A stretch of 63,173 nucleotides of DNA, the filler included, from Octopus bimaculoides (Eukaryota), in assembly GCF_001194135.2 (NCBI RefSeq). It is 7 parts of 7 records of this genome, joined end to end, with 100 filler letters (N's around TTAATTAATTAA, not from the genome) between each part and the next. Parts side by side here need not be neighbours in the genome. Positions count along the whole stretch, not along the records: positions 1 to 15,538 come from NC_068996.1; 6 more parts are not named here. One strand, written 5' to 3'. The notes under the pieces are model-generated. The model was not told the DNA's origin. It searched no databases and saw nothing but the letters and a program-made list of their open reading frames with translations. Shown one piece after another: positions 1 through 13,909 of this stretch (its first letter is position 1; each line of letters starts with the position of its first letter). Made by a program: the position numbers and the translations under genes.

Positions 1-40
<40 letters not shown>

Positions 41-727
41 ATACATTTTGAATTCTCTTTCCAATCCGGTTTCCCTGTTTTACGTCTGTTTGCTTATCCA
101 TTTAGTTTCTCTTTGTTACACATTTGTATTCGTTTTGTAAATAGCCTTTCCCCTTTATTCACTTTTTTTGTCCACATTTGCGTTTCTTTCTCTCACTGTT
201 AACATTAGCTAGCAGCATTTTTGGACGTTGATTAAAGAATTGGTAAATGTTATGTCAGGTTAAATGATTTTTGCAAACTTTTACTTCCGTTGTTTGTCAT
301 ATTCTTGTATCAACCTTCTTCTCTTCAGAATCGGCAAATTCAATACCGGCAAATTTAATACCGAGTTCAATTCAACCAAATACTTTTTCCCCGAATATAT
401 GGTGTTGTGAAGTTTAAAGCAATGACTGAACAAGCGCCGCAATTATTGAAGCATAATTATTTGCGATACTCTTGTGTCAGTAAATTGTTGAGACTTCAGA
501 AAAACTGTACTTGTTTTTGTGGTGTCTATAGCTAACAGCTTTGACTCGTTATAGTTTAGCGTCTTTATTACGTTTAACAATGCCACTTTTTTTACCTTTA
601 CCAAAATTCTGCGTGATCTCAAATATTCTTTAATGTACGTAACAAAAGATTAAATTTTTCAACAATCATTTAAGTTGATTATTTAATCTCCTTTACTTGT
701 TTCTCTTTTACTTTTTCAGTCATTTAA

Positions 728-1055
728 TCTCTTTTACTTGTTTCAATCATTGAACTGAGGCCATGCTGGGTCGCCGCCTTGTACTTATTCTGTCGATCTC
801 TTAGGCCGAACTGCCAAGTTACAGAGATGTAAACACACCAAAACCAGTTATCAACGGTTGTTGGGTACAAACACAGCGAGAAAGAGACACATACATGGGT
901 AGATAGATATACATATACGACGAGCTTCTTTTAGTTTCCGTTGACCAAATCCATTCACAAAGCTTTGGTCGGCTATAGTAAAAGACACGTACCCAAGGTG
1001 TCACGCAGGACCATGTGGGTGGGAAACGAGCTTCTTACCATACAGTCACGCCTCA
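728..1055 (-). mobile_element. SINE family A (tRNA head plus CORE-like 'accttgggcaagt' domain), degenerate copy
   Basis: Homologous to the copies at 1349, 6930, 47320 and 55039. Confidence 0.8.
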
Positions 1056-1348
1056 CACAAGTATGGCAGTGAAAAAAAACTAAACTTTATTTCTAATAGC
1101 TTCCATCATGAATTAAACGAATTTCTCGATCCTATTAAGAACTCCCCAAATATATTTATAAAACAGATTAAACAGAAACTGTTTATGAGGTGGATATCTG
1201 TATGCACAGCAAATTACTAATTGATAATATAACAGAAAGCAACTACAAAAAAAAAAAATAATAAAATAAGTGCTAAAGTTCATGATTTAATCAACGGTGG
1301 GGCAAAAGAAATAAAAAACAAAAAGCAGACATAAACATCCACAGTTTA

Positions 1349-1803
1349 GGCGCTGGCGTGGCTGTGCGTTAAGAAGTTTCCTTCCAAACCACATGGTTTC
1401 GGTTTCAGTCCCTGTGCGTGGCAATTTGGGCAAATGTCTTCTACAAAAGCTTCAGGCCGAATAAAGCTTTGTGAATGGATTTGGTACACGGAAACTGAAA
1501 GAAGCCTGTCGTATACATACTACACACACACACACACACACACATACATATACATACATATATACATACATACATGTGTATGTGTGTGTGCATATATGTC
1601 TCTCTTTGTCCCCCAATACCGCTTGACAACCGGTATTGGTGAGTCTACATCCCCGTAAATTAGCGGTTCGGCAAAAAAGACTGATAGATAACTACCAAGC
1701 TTAAAAAGTAAATAAGTACTGGGATCTACTGATTCGACTAAAATTCCTCAAGGTGGTGCCCCAGCATGGCCGCAGACTAATGACTGAAACAAATAAAACG
1801 TAA
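1349..1803 (+). mobile_element. SINE family A, full length with internal (CA/TA) microsatellite
   Basis: A-box-like tggcgtggctgtgcgttaag, B-box-like ggtttcagtcc, CORE-like tttgggcaaatgtc, and 3' half ...gtggtgccccagcatggccgcag...gaaacaaataaaa. Confidence 0.85.
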
Positions 1804-2156
1804 GCGATAAAATAACTTAGCCATAAAATTTAACATCGAAGATAAAAGTAGAGGAAACCATCTCAAGGCCTCGGAAGTCCATAAAAATAATTTCACTTAA
1901 AATCTTAAATTGTAGATTGATAAATCCAGCAAAACGCCAAATAAGCCTTATTAAACACATCTATACTAAATAATGTCAGTCTGGTTAATTAATCGAAATT
2001 GGGTTTTTTTTTTAAAAAAATTTTTTTAACCTAATACAATCAGTTTGGATTTAGTAAATGGACAGTAGACGGAGGCTATCATGAATTGAAGCTAAAATGA
2101 CAGAAGAAAATATTGGTAACGATGATCTTATCCAAAGTTAATTGAATTTTAGCGTA

Positions 2157-2266
<110 letters not shown>

Positions 2267-2999
2267 GTATGTATGTATATGTATATATATATATGTGTGT
2301 ACACATGTACATGTATAATTGTAAGTGTTGATTATCCTTTTAATTAAATTTGATTTATTCCATCACAGTGTGGGACCAGTTGAAAACAATTGACGTCAGT
2401 TACCTTTTTACCCTTTAGATTTAACTTAGTGCCTGTCTAATTCGCTCTCCTCTTTTATTTATTATTTTTTTTTTTTTTAACCGTGCACACATAACTACAA
2501 CCGCTGCGACACACATGGGGTAAAGTGGACGCTTCACAACTGATGGCAAAGGCTCCAGTTTCGTGGTTATCTCCTCTCTGTGCAACACAAAGAAAGTAAT
2601 TTTCACGCACACGTAGGTGGTAAATTCATAGCCGTTTAGCCCCAAGAACAAGAGAGATCGTTTGTTACTTTCCACTTGATCTCGCTGCTGGACGGATCCA
2701 CTGTGTATGCTGCTTATTTTCAAGTGGCAATCGTGAAGAGAAAGGCCTGCTCGAGCGTGCGGATTCCAAGCGAGATAATTAATTCGTTCCTCTCTCTCGA
2801 GTGCGTCCGATGTACTGCACAGGTGCATGTGCATGGCATATGACGGAAGCGGCGGTTACAGACGGATTAAAACTGAAGTTATGATATTTCTTCTATATTT
2901 ACAGGCATGTTAAATATGTAGTGATATTTTAGCATTTGGGAATATCAACATAAACATGTATTTATCAAAGCCTTTACAATTTGCATCGTTATTATCATT

Positions 3000-3121
3000 A
3001 CTGTTATTGCTACATTCTGACTTCAAATTCCACGGGGGTCGACTTTGCCTTTCATCTTTTTGGAGTCGATATAATCGACTTAATCTCTTCCCCCAAATTT
3101 GAGGCCTTGTGCTTCCAGATG

Positions 3122-3191
<70 letters not shown>

Positions 3192-3437
3192 GTATTGTTA
3201 TTATTATCATTATTATTATTTAGTAAGGCGGCGAGCTGACAGAGTTGTTAGCACGTTGGGCTAAATACTTAGCGGTGTTTCGCCTGTCGTTACGTTCTGA
3301 GTTCAAATTCCACCGAGTTCAACTATGCCTTTCCTCCTTTCGGATTCGGTAAAATAAGCACCAGTCGAGTACTGGGCTTGATGTAATCGACTATCCCCCT
3401 CTGCCAAATTTCAGGTCTTGTGCCTATAGTAGAAAAG

Positions 3438-3485
<48 letters not shown>

Positions 3486-3905
3486 TAGCAAAGCGACGAG
3501 CTGGCAGAATCGTTAGCACACCGGGCGAATGCTTAGCGGTCTTTCGTCTGCCGTTACGTTCTGAGTTCAAATTCCGCCCAGGTCGACTTTGCCTTTCAAA
3601 TTTTGGGGGTAGATAAAATGAGTACCAGTTGAGTACTAGGGGTTAATGTAATCAACTTAAGCCTCACCCAAAATTGCTGGCCTTGTGTCGAAGTTTGAAA
3701 TCATTATTTAGTAAGGCGGCGAGCTAGTAGAATCGTGAGCACGCCGGGCGAAATATTTAGCAGCATATCATTTGTCTTTATGTTCTGAATTCAAATTCCG
3801 CTGAAGTCAACTTTGCCTTTCACCCTTTCGAGTTTGATAAATGTAATCGACTTTCCCTTCCTCTATTAAAATGCTGGCCTTGTGCCAAATTTGAAACCAT
3901 TTTTA
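3000..3905 (+). mobile_element. Head-to-tail array of four SINE family B copies separated by (ATT)n tails
   Basis: Repeated aaggcggcgagctg...gttctgagttcaaattcc...gactttgcctttcatcc...gccttgtg followed by (ATT)n at about 3000, 3223, 3487 and 3712. Confidence 0.9.
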
Positions 3906-4033
3906 TTATTATGTCGTTGCTGTTATTTGCTTTCTTTTGTTACGTTTTGTGCGAAGCGTCGGATCTGTGGGAGCGGATTGGGAAAAGTATGGAGACAGTG
4001 AAAAAATCTAAGTGAAGAATTTTTTTTTTTTTG

Positions 4034-4175
4034 CGATAGTAACAGGCTCTACATGAAAAGAGGTAAAGGTGGACGTGGACTGATTAGCGTACGGGGGTGC
4101 ATCAACAGAGAATGAAGAAGCATGGCAGAATATTTGGTAAACAGCAAACAAGACCTGCTACAGTATGACGCTAGT
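4034..4175 (+). mobile_element. R4/Dong-clade non-LTR retrotransposon ORF fragment (decayed)
   Basis: Translates DSNRLYMKRGKGGRGLISVRGCINRE*RSMAEYLVNSKQDLL, matching the R4/Dong post-RT motif 'DxxRLYxxRxxGGRGL'. Confidence 0.7.
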
Positions 4176-4219
4176 ACAAAAGGAGTTAACAAAAATGGAC
4201 CAGTGGGGGAGCATCATAG

Positions 4220-5016
4220 CCATGTATTGAGAGGTTGTAGAAAGTTGGTTTCAGCATACGCGGATGACATCACCGTTATCGTAACCGAAATGGATCACCT
4301 ACAGAGGGTAGGCAAGGACATTAAGGCTTACGAGACGGTGGCAGGAGCAAAAGTTAATCGTGAAAAGTCAGTCGGCTTGCAGCTCCGCACCTGGAGAGGC
4401 AACTCGATGCCTCCTGATAGCTTCGTGGGACGTTGGACGGAGGGTCCGATTAAGTTGCTAGGAGTTTGGCTCGGACCAGACCTCCGAATAGAGAAGAACT
4501 GGTCCGAGGTATCGAGCAGGGTGACCCATATAGTCAAGACCTGCTCTTGGCGGTGGCTATCCATGAAAGGGAGGGCGGAGGTAGCCAATGTGTTCATTGC
4601 ATCGGTCATCACCGACGGCCTAGCTATCGTTCCTTGCCCTGATTCGTAGTTGATCAAGCTGGAAAATCAGCTCTTCCACTTCTTGTAGAAGGGCTCGAAA
4701 CAGCTTGTGAGACTCTCTATTTGCTGCCAACAACCGTTAAAGGGTGAGCTAGGGATGCTTTGGCTGTTGATGGGCAGACATGTGCTGAGATTGAGGCATC
4801 TGTGGCTCTACCTGGATGGTGAACGGGTGTGATCTCCACTAGCGAAGCGGATGTTTCCCAAGTTCACTAGTTTCGGGTCTGTATGAAGTAGCTCAGATGT
4901 GGGGTCGAGTGACCTTCATTCTATTTCATTATTCATATTTTCTATTCGTTCACTTTATTTTTGTCCCCACTTATATGTTTGTCCGTCCTTGTATCGTTCT
5001 CTGTTTAGCCCCTGTG
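4220..5016 (+). mobile_element. L1/Tx1-clade reverse transcriptase fragment with probable 3' end (decayed)
   Basis: YADD at 4257-4268 in SAYADDITVIV, followed by GAKVNREKS, IKLLGVW, LSMKGRAEVAN and PLKGELGM, which is typical of L1/Tx1 RT domains 5-7 and the thumb. In-frame stops follow 4649. Confidence 0.85.
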
Positions 5017-6929
5017 TGAAGTTCGCAACGAAGACAATCGAAGAAAAGATGTGCCGTGACCAGTCGAAGTGAATTGGGCGAGGAAGACCCACATTACGCA
5101 AGACCTCCAACCAGATACGACTACGTCCACTCTACGCATATTAACTTGCTGGGCTGGTCTGCGGTTCCCTAGCTGCTGACTTGGATGTGTTGGTGTCAGG
5201 AGGTTGCATTTCGCAGCAATATCATGCGATACTATATTCTAAAGAAACTACTGAGAAAACAACAGACAAATAGTTCACATATTTTGATCACAGAAAAAGA
5301 TGGCTAGAATTGAACGAATAGAATTGCTGAAGCAAAGAAAGAGAGGCTTGATAAAATTAAAAAAAAAAAACTCTATAGGGACACACGCTAAAAATTTAAT
5401 AATCCTTCATTATCCCAACTGTATTGTGATTGTAATTATCTCTCACGTTATAAGGGGGGAAAATGTCAGCAAATGACACCAAAGTTCCAAAACTACTTGC
5501 CATCGGACTCTCTTTACAACGAGCCAAGAGAGAAAATAGCTTAGAAATTCACGGAATGTATTTTTATATAAAAAGATTTGGAACATTCTTCTTCTTCTTC
5601 TGCAAGAAGAAGAAACTAAGGAATACTGACTTAATCAAGTAAAACGTCTTTCTATAAGCTGCTTTAATTCCATAATTTCGCTTGCATCACCAGCTGCAAC
5701 TTTTGATTTGTGAATATAACAGTCCCAAATGCTGGAGCACCGCCTTGGAGAATTTAACAGGACATATCGCTCCCGCGCCGGTGCTTTTATTGTTATTATT
5801 TTTTTTTAAAGTCAGGTGCTGATTCTAGTGATTACTTTTGCCAAAACTGCTAAGCGAATAAACCAACACTGAGTAAGATTGAGTAAGCAGTAAAGAGCGA
5901 CTCATGCACGCATACACATATTACAGATGAATAATGTGTCAAATCACTAGATATTTCCAACGAATTTTTGATTGATGGAAGCTTTACATTATTAGAAAAA
6001 AACCGCTTTCATCAGGTGAATGTATAGACATTCAAAAGCCAGCAGCAAGTGCACCTTCATCTTTCTGCCTGTACTTCGGTACCCGCGTATGTATTCGTCT
6101 ATTTTTGTTGTGTACCCTTAATTTTCAACCCGACCCAGTGCCTTACCATTTAAGTGCCTAATTCAATTGAATCCTGATCTTATATATGGCTGCGAACTTT
6201 AGGCTGGTTAAAATACTTTATATATTTCAGCTTGCAGTTATCGTGGAGAAAAACGTGAAATTTTTAAAAATGTGTGCTTACAACATGTTTTCCACACATT
6301 TTTCGTTTCTCAAATTCAATTACTCGGAGTTTGTCGGCCTGAAGCTACAGTAGAAGGCACGGACCTTTTCTATTTGACTTTCACTTTTTGAAATTTAAAA
6401 ATCAAGTGAAATTTTTCACGCTAAATCTGATGCTGTTATTTCATTGTCGACCACAAAAGCGTGATCGCAATGTTCTATAGTGATATGTGTGTTTAATATC
6501 GAATAGTATAAATTAGTGGTGGTGGAGAAACTGAAAACTTGAGCTTTAATTTTTTTTTTTTTTAAACCAGAAATGGTGTCGCCGTCACCGAAATGGGAAA
6601 ATCGAAAAACCCTTGGAGGTCAATTTATGAAGCCGACCACGCACTAAATTGATTTCCTTTCCAAGAATTTAGTAACTCCTGACTTCGTTACCTCCTGCGC
6701 CAGAATTACATTTGAAAAAAGACTCATACGCATCAATATCCATCCTCAGTCATCAGAATGATTAACAAAGCAACAAAAATTTTAAATCCTGGTCAAATTA
6801 AAGAGAATCATCGGAAAATGGCACGTGATATAAAATTAATAAAGCTGGGCTAAATGTAAAAAATTGCCATAAAATATTCTCTATAGTTTCTACACGAACT
6901 GTTGGAGTGGTTGACTTCCAGATATTCTT

Positions 6930-7141
6930 TTTTTATTCTTTTACTTGTTTCAGCTACTTGACTGCGGTCATGCTGGAGCACCGTCTTTAGTCGAACAAAT
7001 CGACCCCAGGACTTATTCTTTTTAAGCCTAGTACTTATTCTATCGGTTCCCTTTTGTCGAGCCGCTAAGTTACGGGGACATAAACACACCAGCATTGGTT
7101 GGGGGACAAACACAGGCATACAAACATGTACGTACACACAA

Positions 7142-7200
<59 letters not shown>

Positions 7201-7370
7201 CATATATACGACGGGATTCTTTCAGTTTCCGTCTACCAAATCCACTCACAAGGCTTTGGTGGGCACGAGGCTATAGTAAAAGACACTTGCCCAAGGTGCC
7301 ATGCAATGGGATTGAAACCGTAACCATGTGGTTGGTAAGCAAGCTACTTACCACACACCCAATCCTGCGC
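6930..7370 (-). mobile_element. SINE family A, near full length
   Basis: Reverse complement of the family A consensus with the internal TA/CA tract. Confidence 0.85.
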
Positions 7371-7751
7371 NNNNNNNNNNNNNNNNNNNNNNNNNNNNNN
7401 NNNNNNNNNNNNNNNNNNNNNNNNNNNNNNNNNNNNNNNNNNNNNNNNNNNNNNNNNNNNNNNNNNNNNNNNNNNNNNNNNNNNNNNNNNNNNNNNNNNN
7501 NNNNNAAAATTATCAAATTAGATAGTGTGGGTGGGGGTGGGGGGAGATGACTTGGAATCCAACAGGAAAGAATATTGATTGTTAAACATCCAAAATTATC
7601 CAGATATGTTAACATCAATTACAATCAGGTAATATTTTAAGAAAAATTTCTTGAAAAAAGTACCTGTCACCTGACTACTTTTCAAACTTTCAAATTCAAC
7701 AAAAAAAAAGAAAAAATAATAATAATCAGTAAAGTTACCTTCTCAAGTGAT

Positions 7752-7960
7752 GCCGACTCGCAAGAGTCGGTTTCCTAGCGTATATATTCCGGACCTGGAC
7801 GTGACGCCGGTCCGTCGCGGGATTACTCATTTTTGCTGACTGGAGCAACGTGAAACGAAGTGTTTTGCTTAAGAACACAACACGTCGCCTGGTCCAGGAA
7901 TGGAAACCACAATCTCACAATCGTGAGTCCAATACCCTAAGCACTAAACCACTCGCCCCG
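7752..7960 (-). mobile_element. SINE family D (tRNA head, V-domain-like gcgacggaccggcgtcacgtccagg, 3' stem-loop)
   Basis: Head ggggcgagtggtttagtgcttagggtattggactc...tttccattcc; 7-bp hairpin ccgactc/gagtcgg at 7753-7770. The V-domain assignment is from memory. Confidence 0.65.
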
Positions 7961-10900
7961 CAACTTCAACTATGCAGACCAAATTTCACTCCCAAAGATG
8001 ATGTAAGAGTACGAAAGGATGATGCAGTACTTGCAATGTAATGGTTTCAAACAGGCAACTTTCAAATAACGGGAAATCAGAAATTACTAATTTTGCTCCA
8101 GTTACCAATTTTGCGCCTCGCTCCTTTTAGAAATTCAATCAAATTATTCAACACACAAATAAATTTTAAACAATTTTTATGCATACCTGTGTTCTAAGTT
8201 TGCTGTTCAATCTTTCATTTCAACGCCACTTTACGCCATTTTTGTAGACGGAAATGGCTTTAGTGGTAGCCATGTGGACATCCGTCAAATGAACTGTACC
8301 CCTAATTCGAAAGGTCTTCCTGGAGATTACGGAAAAAGGTTCAAGACTAGTTATCCACTCGCTCATTAAGTTGAATATTTGGATTTTGATAGCGTGACAA
8401 CTGAGGGTTCGTTAAGGCAGATGGGAAAAAGTTATAATCAGTAAATATTGAAGTTACACACACACACCCAAAAACAACACTGATTAGAAACAGTTATTAA
8501 TGCTTTTTTTTTTATCTTTAATCTCTTATTCTTTAATATCTTTTACTAGTATCAGTTATTCAGGTGTGGCCATGATGGAGCATTGCCTAGACAGGTTTAA
8601 TTGAATAAATCGTCTCCATTATTTATGTTTCTAAGTCTCGTACTTATTCCATCGTCAGCTTTTGCCGAACTCGGTTACGACGATGGCGACAAAGTAAACA
8701 ACGGCTGTCACGCGGTGGTGTTGGGGGTGGGGAAGTACAAACACAGACACACAAACACACATGCACACACATAACGGACATGCATACTCTTTTCATCTAC
8801 AATGAACATATTGGTATGTCGGAGGTTATTGTAGAAGGCAGTTGTCCAACATGTCGCACTGTGGGACCGAACCCAAAACTGCATGTATGCAAAGCGAGAT
8901 TGTTAATCACACAACCATGCCTACGTTGTCTTCCTTGTCGAGTGGTGGCCACAAATGGCTGATTTTATGAGGAAGTTTACATTGCTGAAACAAATGTCGT
9001 TAGCAACAGTTTGCTTCCGAAGAATTACCGGAGGCGTTGAGCACATCCATACTAAGTACGGAAGGATTTTTCAAAATATCTGGTACTATATATATATGTG
9101 TGTGTGTTTTTTTGTGTGGTCGGTCACATGCACGCACACATACACACAAACCCTCTCCTACACATATACTCTTCTTTTTTTACTCTCCTTCCTACATCTC
9201 CCCCTCTCTCTCTCTCTCTATCCCAACTTAAGTTTCTGTATGTCATCCTATGTATCCGTATTTTGCTCTGTGTGTGTATATGTGTGTGTGTTATAGACTA
9301 TATATTTCTATGCCCGTGTTCTATTTGTAAATGTTAGATGACTGAAGTCAACATATCCTTTTTGTTGTTCAATGAATTTTGCAGTTAGAGATGGAGATTT
9401 CGGTGGGGGGCGGGGTGTTAAAGAAAGAAAAAGTAAAAAGAAAGGAAGAATATTTGAAGTGGGAGATAACACGAGCGCTTGGATGTGAAAAATGTCTCTA
9501 CCCTATGACCGGAAGTATCCTTCAAACAACATGGCATACAGAAAAGATATGTAGTAAACAATCCACGTTTTGTTAAAGAAAGCAGCACAGACTAAATTTG
9601 TTTTCTATTAACGAATGAATAAATGAATTACAACGAACGAAGGACAAGTGAAAAGAAGCGAACGATCAGAATGAATTATCATACTCTGGTAGTGAAGAGG
9701 AAATTTTTAAATGAGATATGAGGAATTGAGATTTTAGTCATCCTGATTTGCTATTAATAGCTTAAATAACGACCGAAATTCTGGTAAAGCAATTGAAAGG
9801 AGTCAAGTTGTCGATAATTTCTCTTTGGTAATTCCTATTCAGCTAACTGATTACTTTAGCTAACTTCGAATGTCCGTTGCAGATATATTTAGGGATGTGT
9901 TGATCTATGAAATTTAGGCAAATACGTGAACATACTAGACAGATCGCTTCCGTGTGTAAGAGAGAAAAACCATTAGGAGCTGAATGTTGAATTGCCGCGT
10001 TAAATACGTTAATTACACCCACACACAGCTGAATATAGCAAAGAAAATTACATTGTGTGTGTAAGTGTGTATGTATATACACGTATATGTGTGATTATAA
10101 ACACGCATATACACTTATATATGTATATACACCTATATATATTATATACACGTACATATGTATATATACGTATATATATGTACATGCACGTACACATACG
10201 TATATATATNNNNNNNNNNNNNNNNNNNNNNNNNNNNNNNNNNNNNNNNNNNNNNNNNNNNNNNNNNNNNNNNNNNNNNNNNNNNNNNNNNNNNNNNNNN
10301 NNNNNNNNNNNNNNNNNNNNNNNNNNNNNNNNNNNNNNNNNNNNNNNNNNNNNNNNNNNNNNNNNNNNNNNNNNNNNNNNNNNNNNNNNNNNNNNNNNNN
10401 NNNNNNNNNNNNNNNNNNNNNNNNNNNNNNNNNNNNNNNNNNNNNNNNNNNNNNNNNNNNNNNNNNNNNNNNNNNNNNNNNNNNNNNNNNNNNNNNNNNN
10501 NNNNNNNNNNNNNNNNNNNNNNNNNNNNNNNNNNNNNNNNNNNNNNNNNNNNNNNNNNNNNNNNNNNNNNNNNNNNNNNNNNNNNNNNNNNNNNNNNNNN
10601 NNNNNNNNNNNNNNNNNNNNNNNNNNNNNNNNNNNNNNNNNNNNNNNNNNNNNNNNNNNNNNNNNNNNNNNNNNNNNNNNNNNNNNNNNNNNNNNNNNNN
10701 NNNNNNNNNNNNNNNNNNNNNNNNNNNNNNNNNNNNNNNNNNNNNNNNNNNNNNNNNNNNNNNNNNNNNNNNNNNNNNNNNNNNNNNNNNNNNNNNNNNN
10801 NNNNNNNNNNNNNNNNNNNNNNNNNNNNNNNNNNNNNNNNNCAAGATTTCTATATCTAGTAAAATGGTAGTGCACTTCAGTTTTTTCTTTTGGTACTATA

Positions 10901-10970
10901 TCATGAGGTCTCTCAAAACTATTTCCGCCTACTAAATTCACGGAGCTATGATTATAATAATAATAATAAT

Positions 10971-11004
<34 letters not shown>

Positions 11005-11006
<2 letters not shown>

Positions 11007-11195
11007 CCTTTCTTTATCGGTCACAAGGGTCGAAATTTGTGAAGAGGTAACTGGTCGATTTCATCGACCCCAGTCTTTTACTGGTACTTAATTTATCAAC
11101 TCTGAAAGGATGAAAGGCAAAGTCGACCTCGGTGAAATTTGAACTCAGAATGTAAAGACGGACCAAATCCGCCAGCACGCCGCCTTACCGCCTTA
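11005..11195 (-). mobile_element. SINE family B with (ATT)n tail (10946-11005)
   Basis: Reverse complement of the family B consensus. Confidence 0.8.
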
Positions 11196-12758
11196 AATAA
11201 TAATTAAACGAAATGTCAAACAGCTTTTCACACGGATACAAAACAATGTCGGGATATAAACCATTCAATTTTAATATCAGTAATCAACAACTCAGGCGAA
11301 TTAGACACTACACTCTCTCTTTAGTTAATAACCCAGCGGTAGACGAATTAGCAGTTAAGAAACATCATAATGAAGTACAGCGTTTTGTTAGATTTGTTAG
11401 TGTTGCTAACTGAGATGCTTAACCCTCAGGTCAGTTCTAATCCTTCGGACTTGTAATCAAACGTTTTTCATCCTGGACCTTTCTGTATTTTATTCATCTG
11501 TAATGTATCCAGCTGCTTATTTTCCAGTTTGCGTCTTTTTGTTTCTTTTCGCTGTTTACCTGTCCAATGAATTTTCATAAGTTTGTTCTAAAAGGCTCTT
11601 GCTTGTTTTCAGACTTTTAATTAGCCCTTGTCTTATACCTTCTTTGTTATATAAACCTTTCATTTCTTAAGCTCCATGTTATTCTAATGGTTGAAAAAAA
11701 AATATGAGAAGTGTGTCAAATATGATTTATTGATACCAAGAAAATATGCTCCGTATATCCCATGATACACAGGACATGCAGACGGTTAAAGAAGTTAATT
11801 CTACATTTCCGTATCTCCTGATTTCATTTTATTTATTTATTATTATTATTTTTTTTATTTAATTTTTTTTTTTTTTCATGTTCTTCCTTCTAAGCCAACC
11901 TACACGCTCAAGTCATTGATTTCAAATTTTGGCACAAGTCTCCGTCGCGCTAACGATACTGCCAGCTCGCGCGCATTAAATTCACTTTAACATCAAAACC
12001 TCACTTAAACATTAATTTATGTTAACCTTAATTTTACTAACAAATCCCTTCTCTGATATACATACAATATTCTAAATCTGACATTAATTTAACTTCCTCT
12101 GAACCCGCTGAAATTAACAGGGCACACCCTCGGCAACACTTTCTCGTATCTCTTTTACTTTTTTTTTTTTTTTTTTTCATATTCCCCCATTAACATACAA
12201 TCGCCGCCCACATTTCAAAAGATTTATGACCGTCTTATAAATAAGCATTTATTAGTTAAGGCGAACCGCAATAATTCACTATTCATTAGAAGAAACTTAT
12301 TCTGTTTTTGTTTCTACTTCTTATGTACACACATATAACCCGAGACCACCCTCGGATAACTACATTACATCCAATAATACTTCAAGACATACATATTACC
12401 CACCATTAACTCGACATTAAGATAATTTACCGAAAATTACCATTTTATAATTACATTTGAAACTGATTGACATTATTTCACTCTTTGCATTATACTTCGG
12501 AATACGATCTTAGATTTCTAATTTACCATTTCTTTAATATTTCTACATCGAATACTTTAATTTATTGTTCCCTGTATTAATGGTTTAATTCATCCAGAAA
12601 AGATTACTGCGTAATAGGGTTACAATTACTCTAACAAACATCAGCCTAATCTTTTTTTTTTTTTATCTTATATTAAAATGAATATTTTTTACAACTATAG
12701 GTTTATTTCACCTACCAGTTCTCCCGAGAAAATTCGGTTTTACGGAAACTGCACGTAA

Positions 12759-12811
<53 letters not shown>

Positions 12812-13909
12812 ATATATGTATATGTATATCTGTGAATCTGTGTGCATGTATGTATGTATAGATATATATGTATCTGTGTGTTTCTACATGTATGTGTGTG
12901 TATGTATGTATGTATGTATGGATGGATGGATGGATATATGTAAGTGGTTATGTGTGTATATATGTATTGTACGAGCATGTACGTTTGTGTATGTATGTGT
13001 TTTTATGTATATGTGTTTATGTTTGTATATATATGTTTATGTATGTATGTATGTATGTATATTTGTGAGCGTGATGTATATACCTATGTATTTGTGTGTG
13101 CTATGTGCATGTATAATGGCGTATCTCTCTATCTGTCAATCAGTTTATCTATGTATCTACCTGTCTGTCTGTCTGTCTAACTATTTATCTCTACGTACTC
13201 TTTCTCTCAATATTGTGTGTGTGCGCGCGCGCGTGCTTGCAGTTTTGTATCACCGATTGGCAGGCGGCCAGTAGTGGTTTAATTCTGTTCCTTTAACTCA
13301 GCGTCTCAGCAAGAAGAGCGACCGAAAGAATAAATATCAGACTTTAAAAATATAAGAACAAGGGTCGATGTCTCGACGAAAACCTTTACAAGCTTCTGTT
13401 CTGGAATGGCCTCAATCCAATAAAAAAAGAAGCAAATACTTGTGGGCAATAAAGAAACAAGAAATTCCTCTTTGGTCTTCCTCTCGTTCACATAGTCCAG
13501 AGGCAGGGCTTTGTCCTGGGCTGAGGGTTGTCTGGGCTTCGAGCGTGTGCGTGTATGTGTGTAGGTATGTATAGATTGAAGAGGAACAGTCAAAATTAAT
13601 ATCGGGAGCATACTAAAATGAAACGCACCATATTAATGATTACACGGTAAAACAAAAACCAACGGGTAAACAATCCAGAGCATTCACTGGTGTTTGGTCA
13701 TCTGGAATTCCAAGAGAAGAACTTCAGTGTTGTATAAGATAACATCAAGAAAACCAACATTTCATAAATGGAAGGAGAGTGGAATATAACAGGTCAATTG
13801 ATAGAGAAAGTATTTCAGTTAGGTTGTTAGAGAAAGTAGACGATAGAAGGAGTGACCAGACTCATGAGAAATTGTTGACCAAACATTATTAATTAGAATA
13901 AAACAAAGG

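Noticed and set aside
2980-3920. Regularly spaced repeats resembling a CRISPR-like array
   Set aside because: The units are ~200-bp SINEs separated by microsatellite tails in eukaryotic DNA, with no unique spacers or cas genes.
9860-10033. Minus-strand open frame after a strong acceptor (LCVGVINVFNAAIQH...)
   Set aside because: No GPS or 7TM features and a weak donor.
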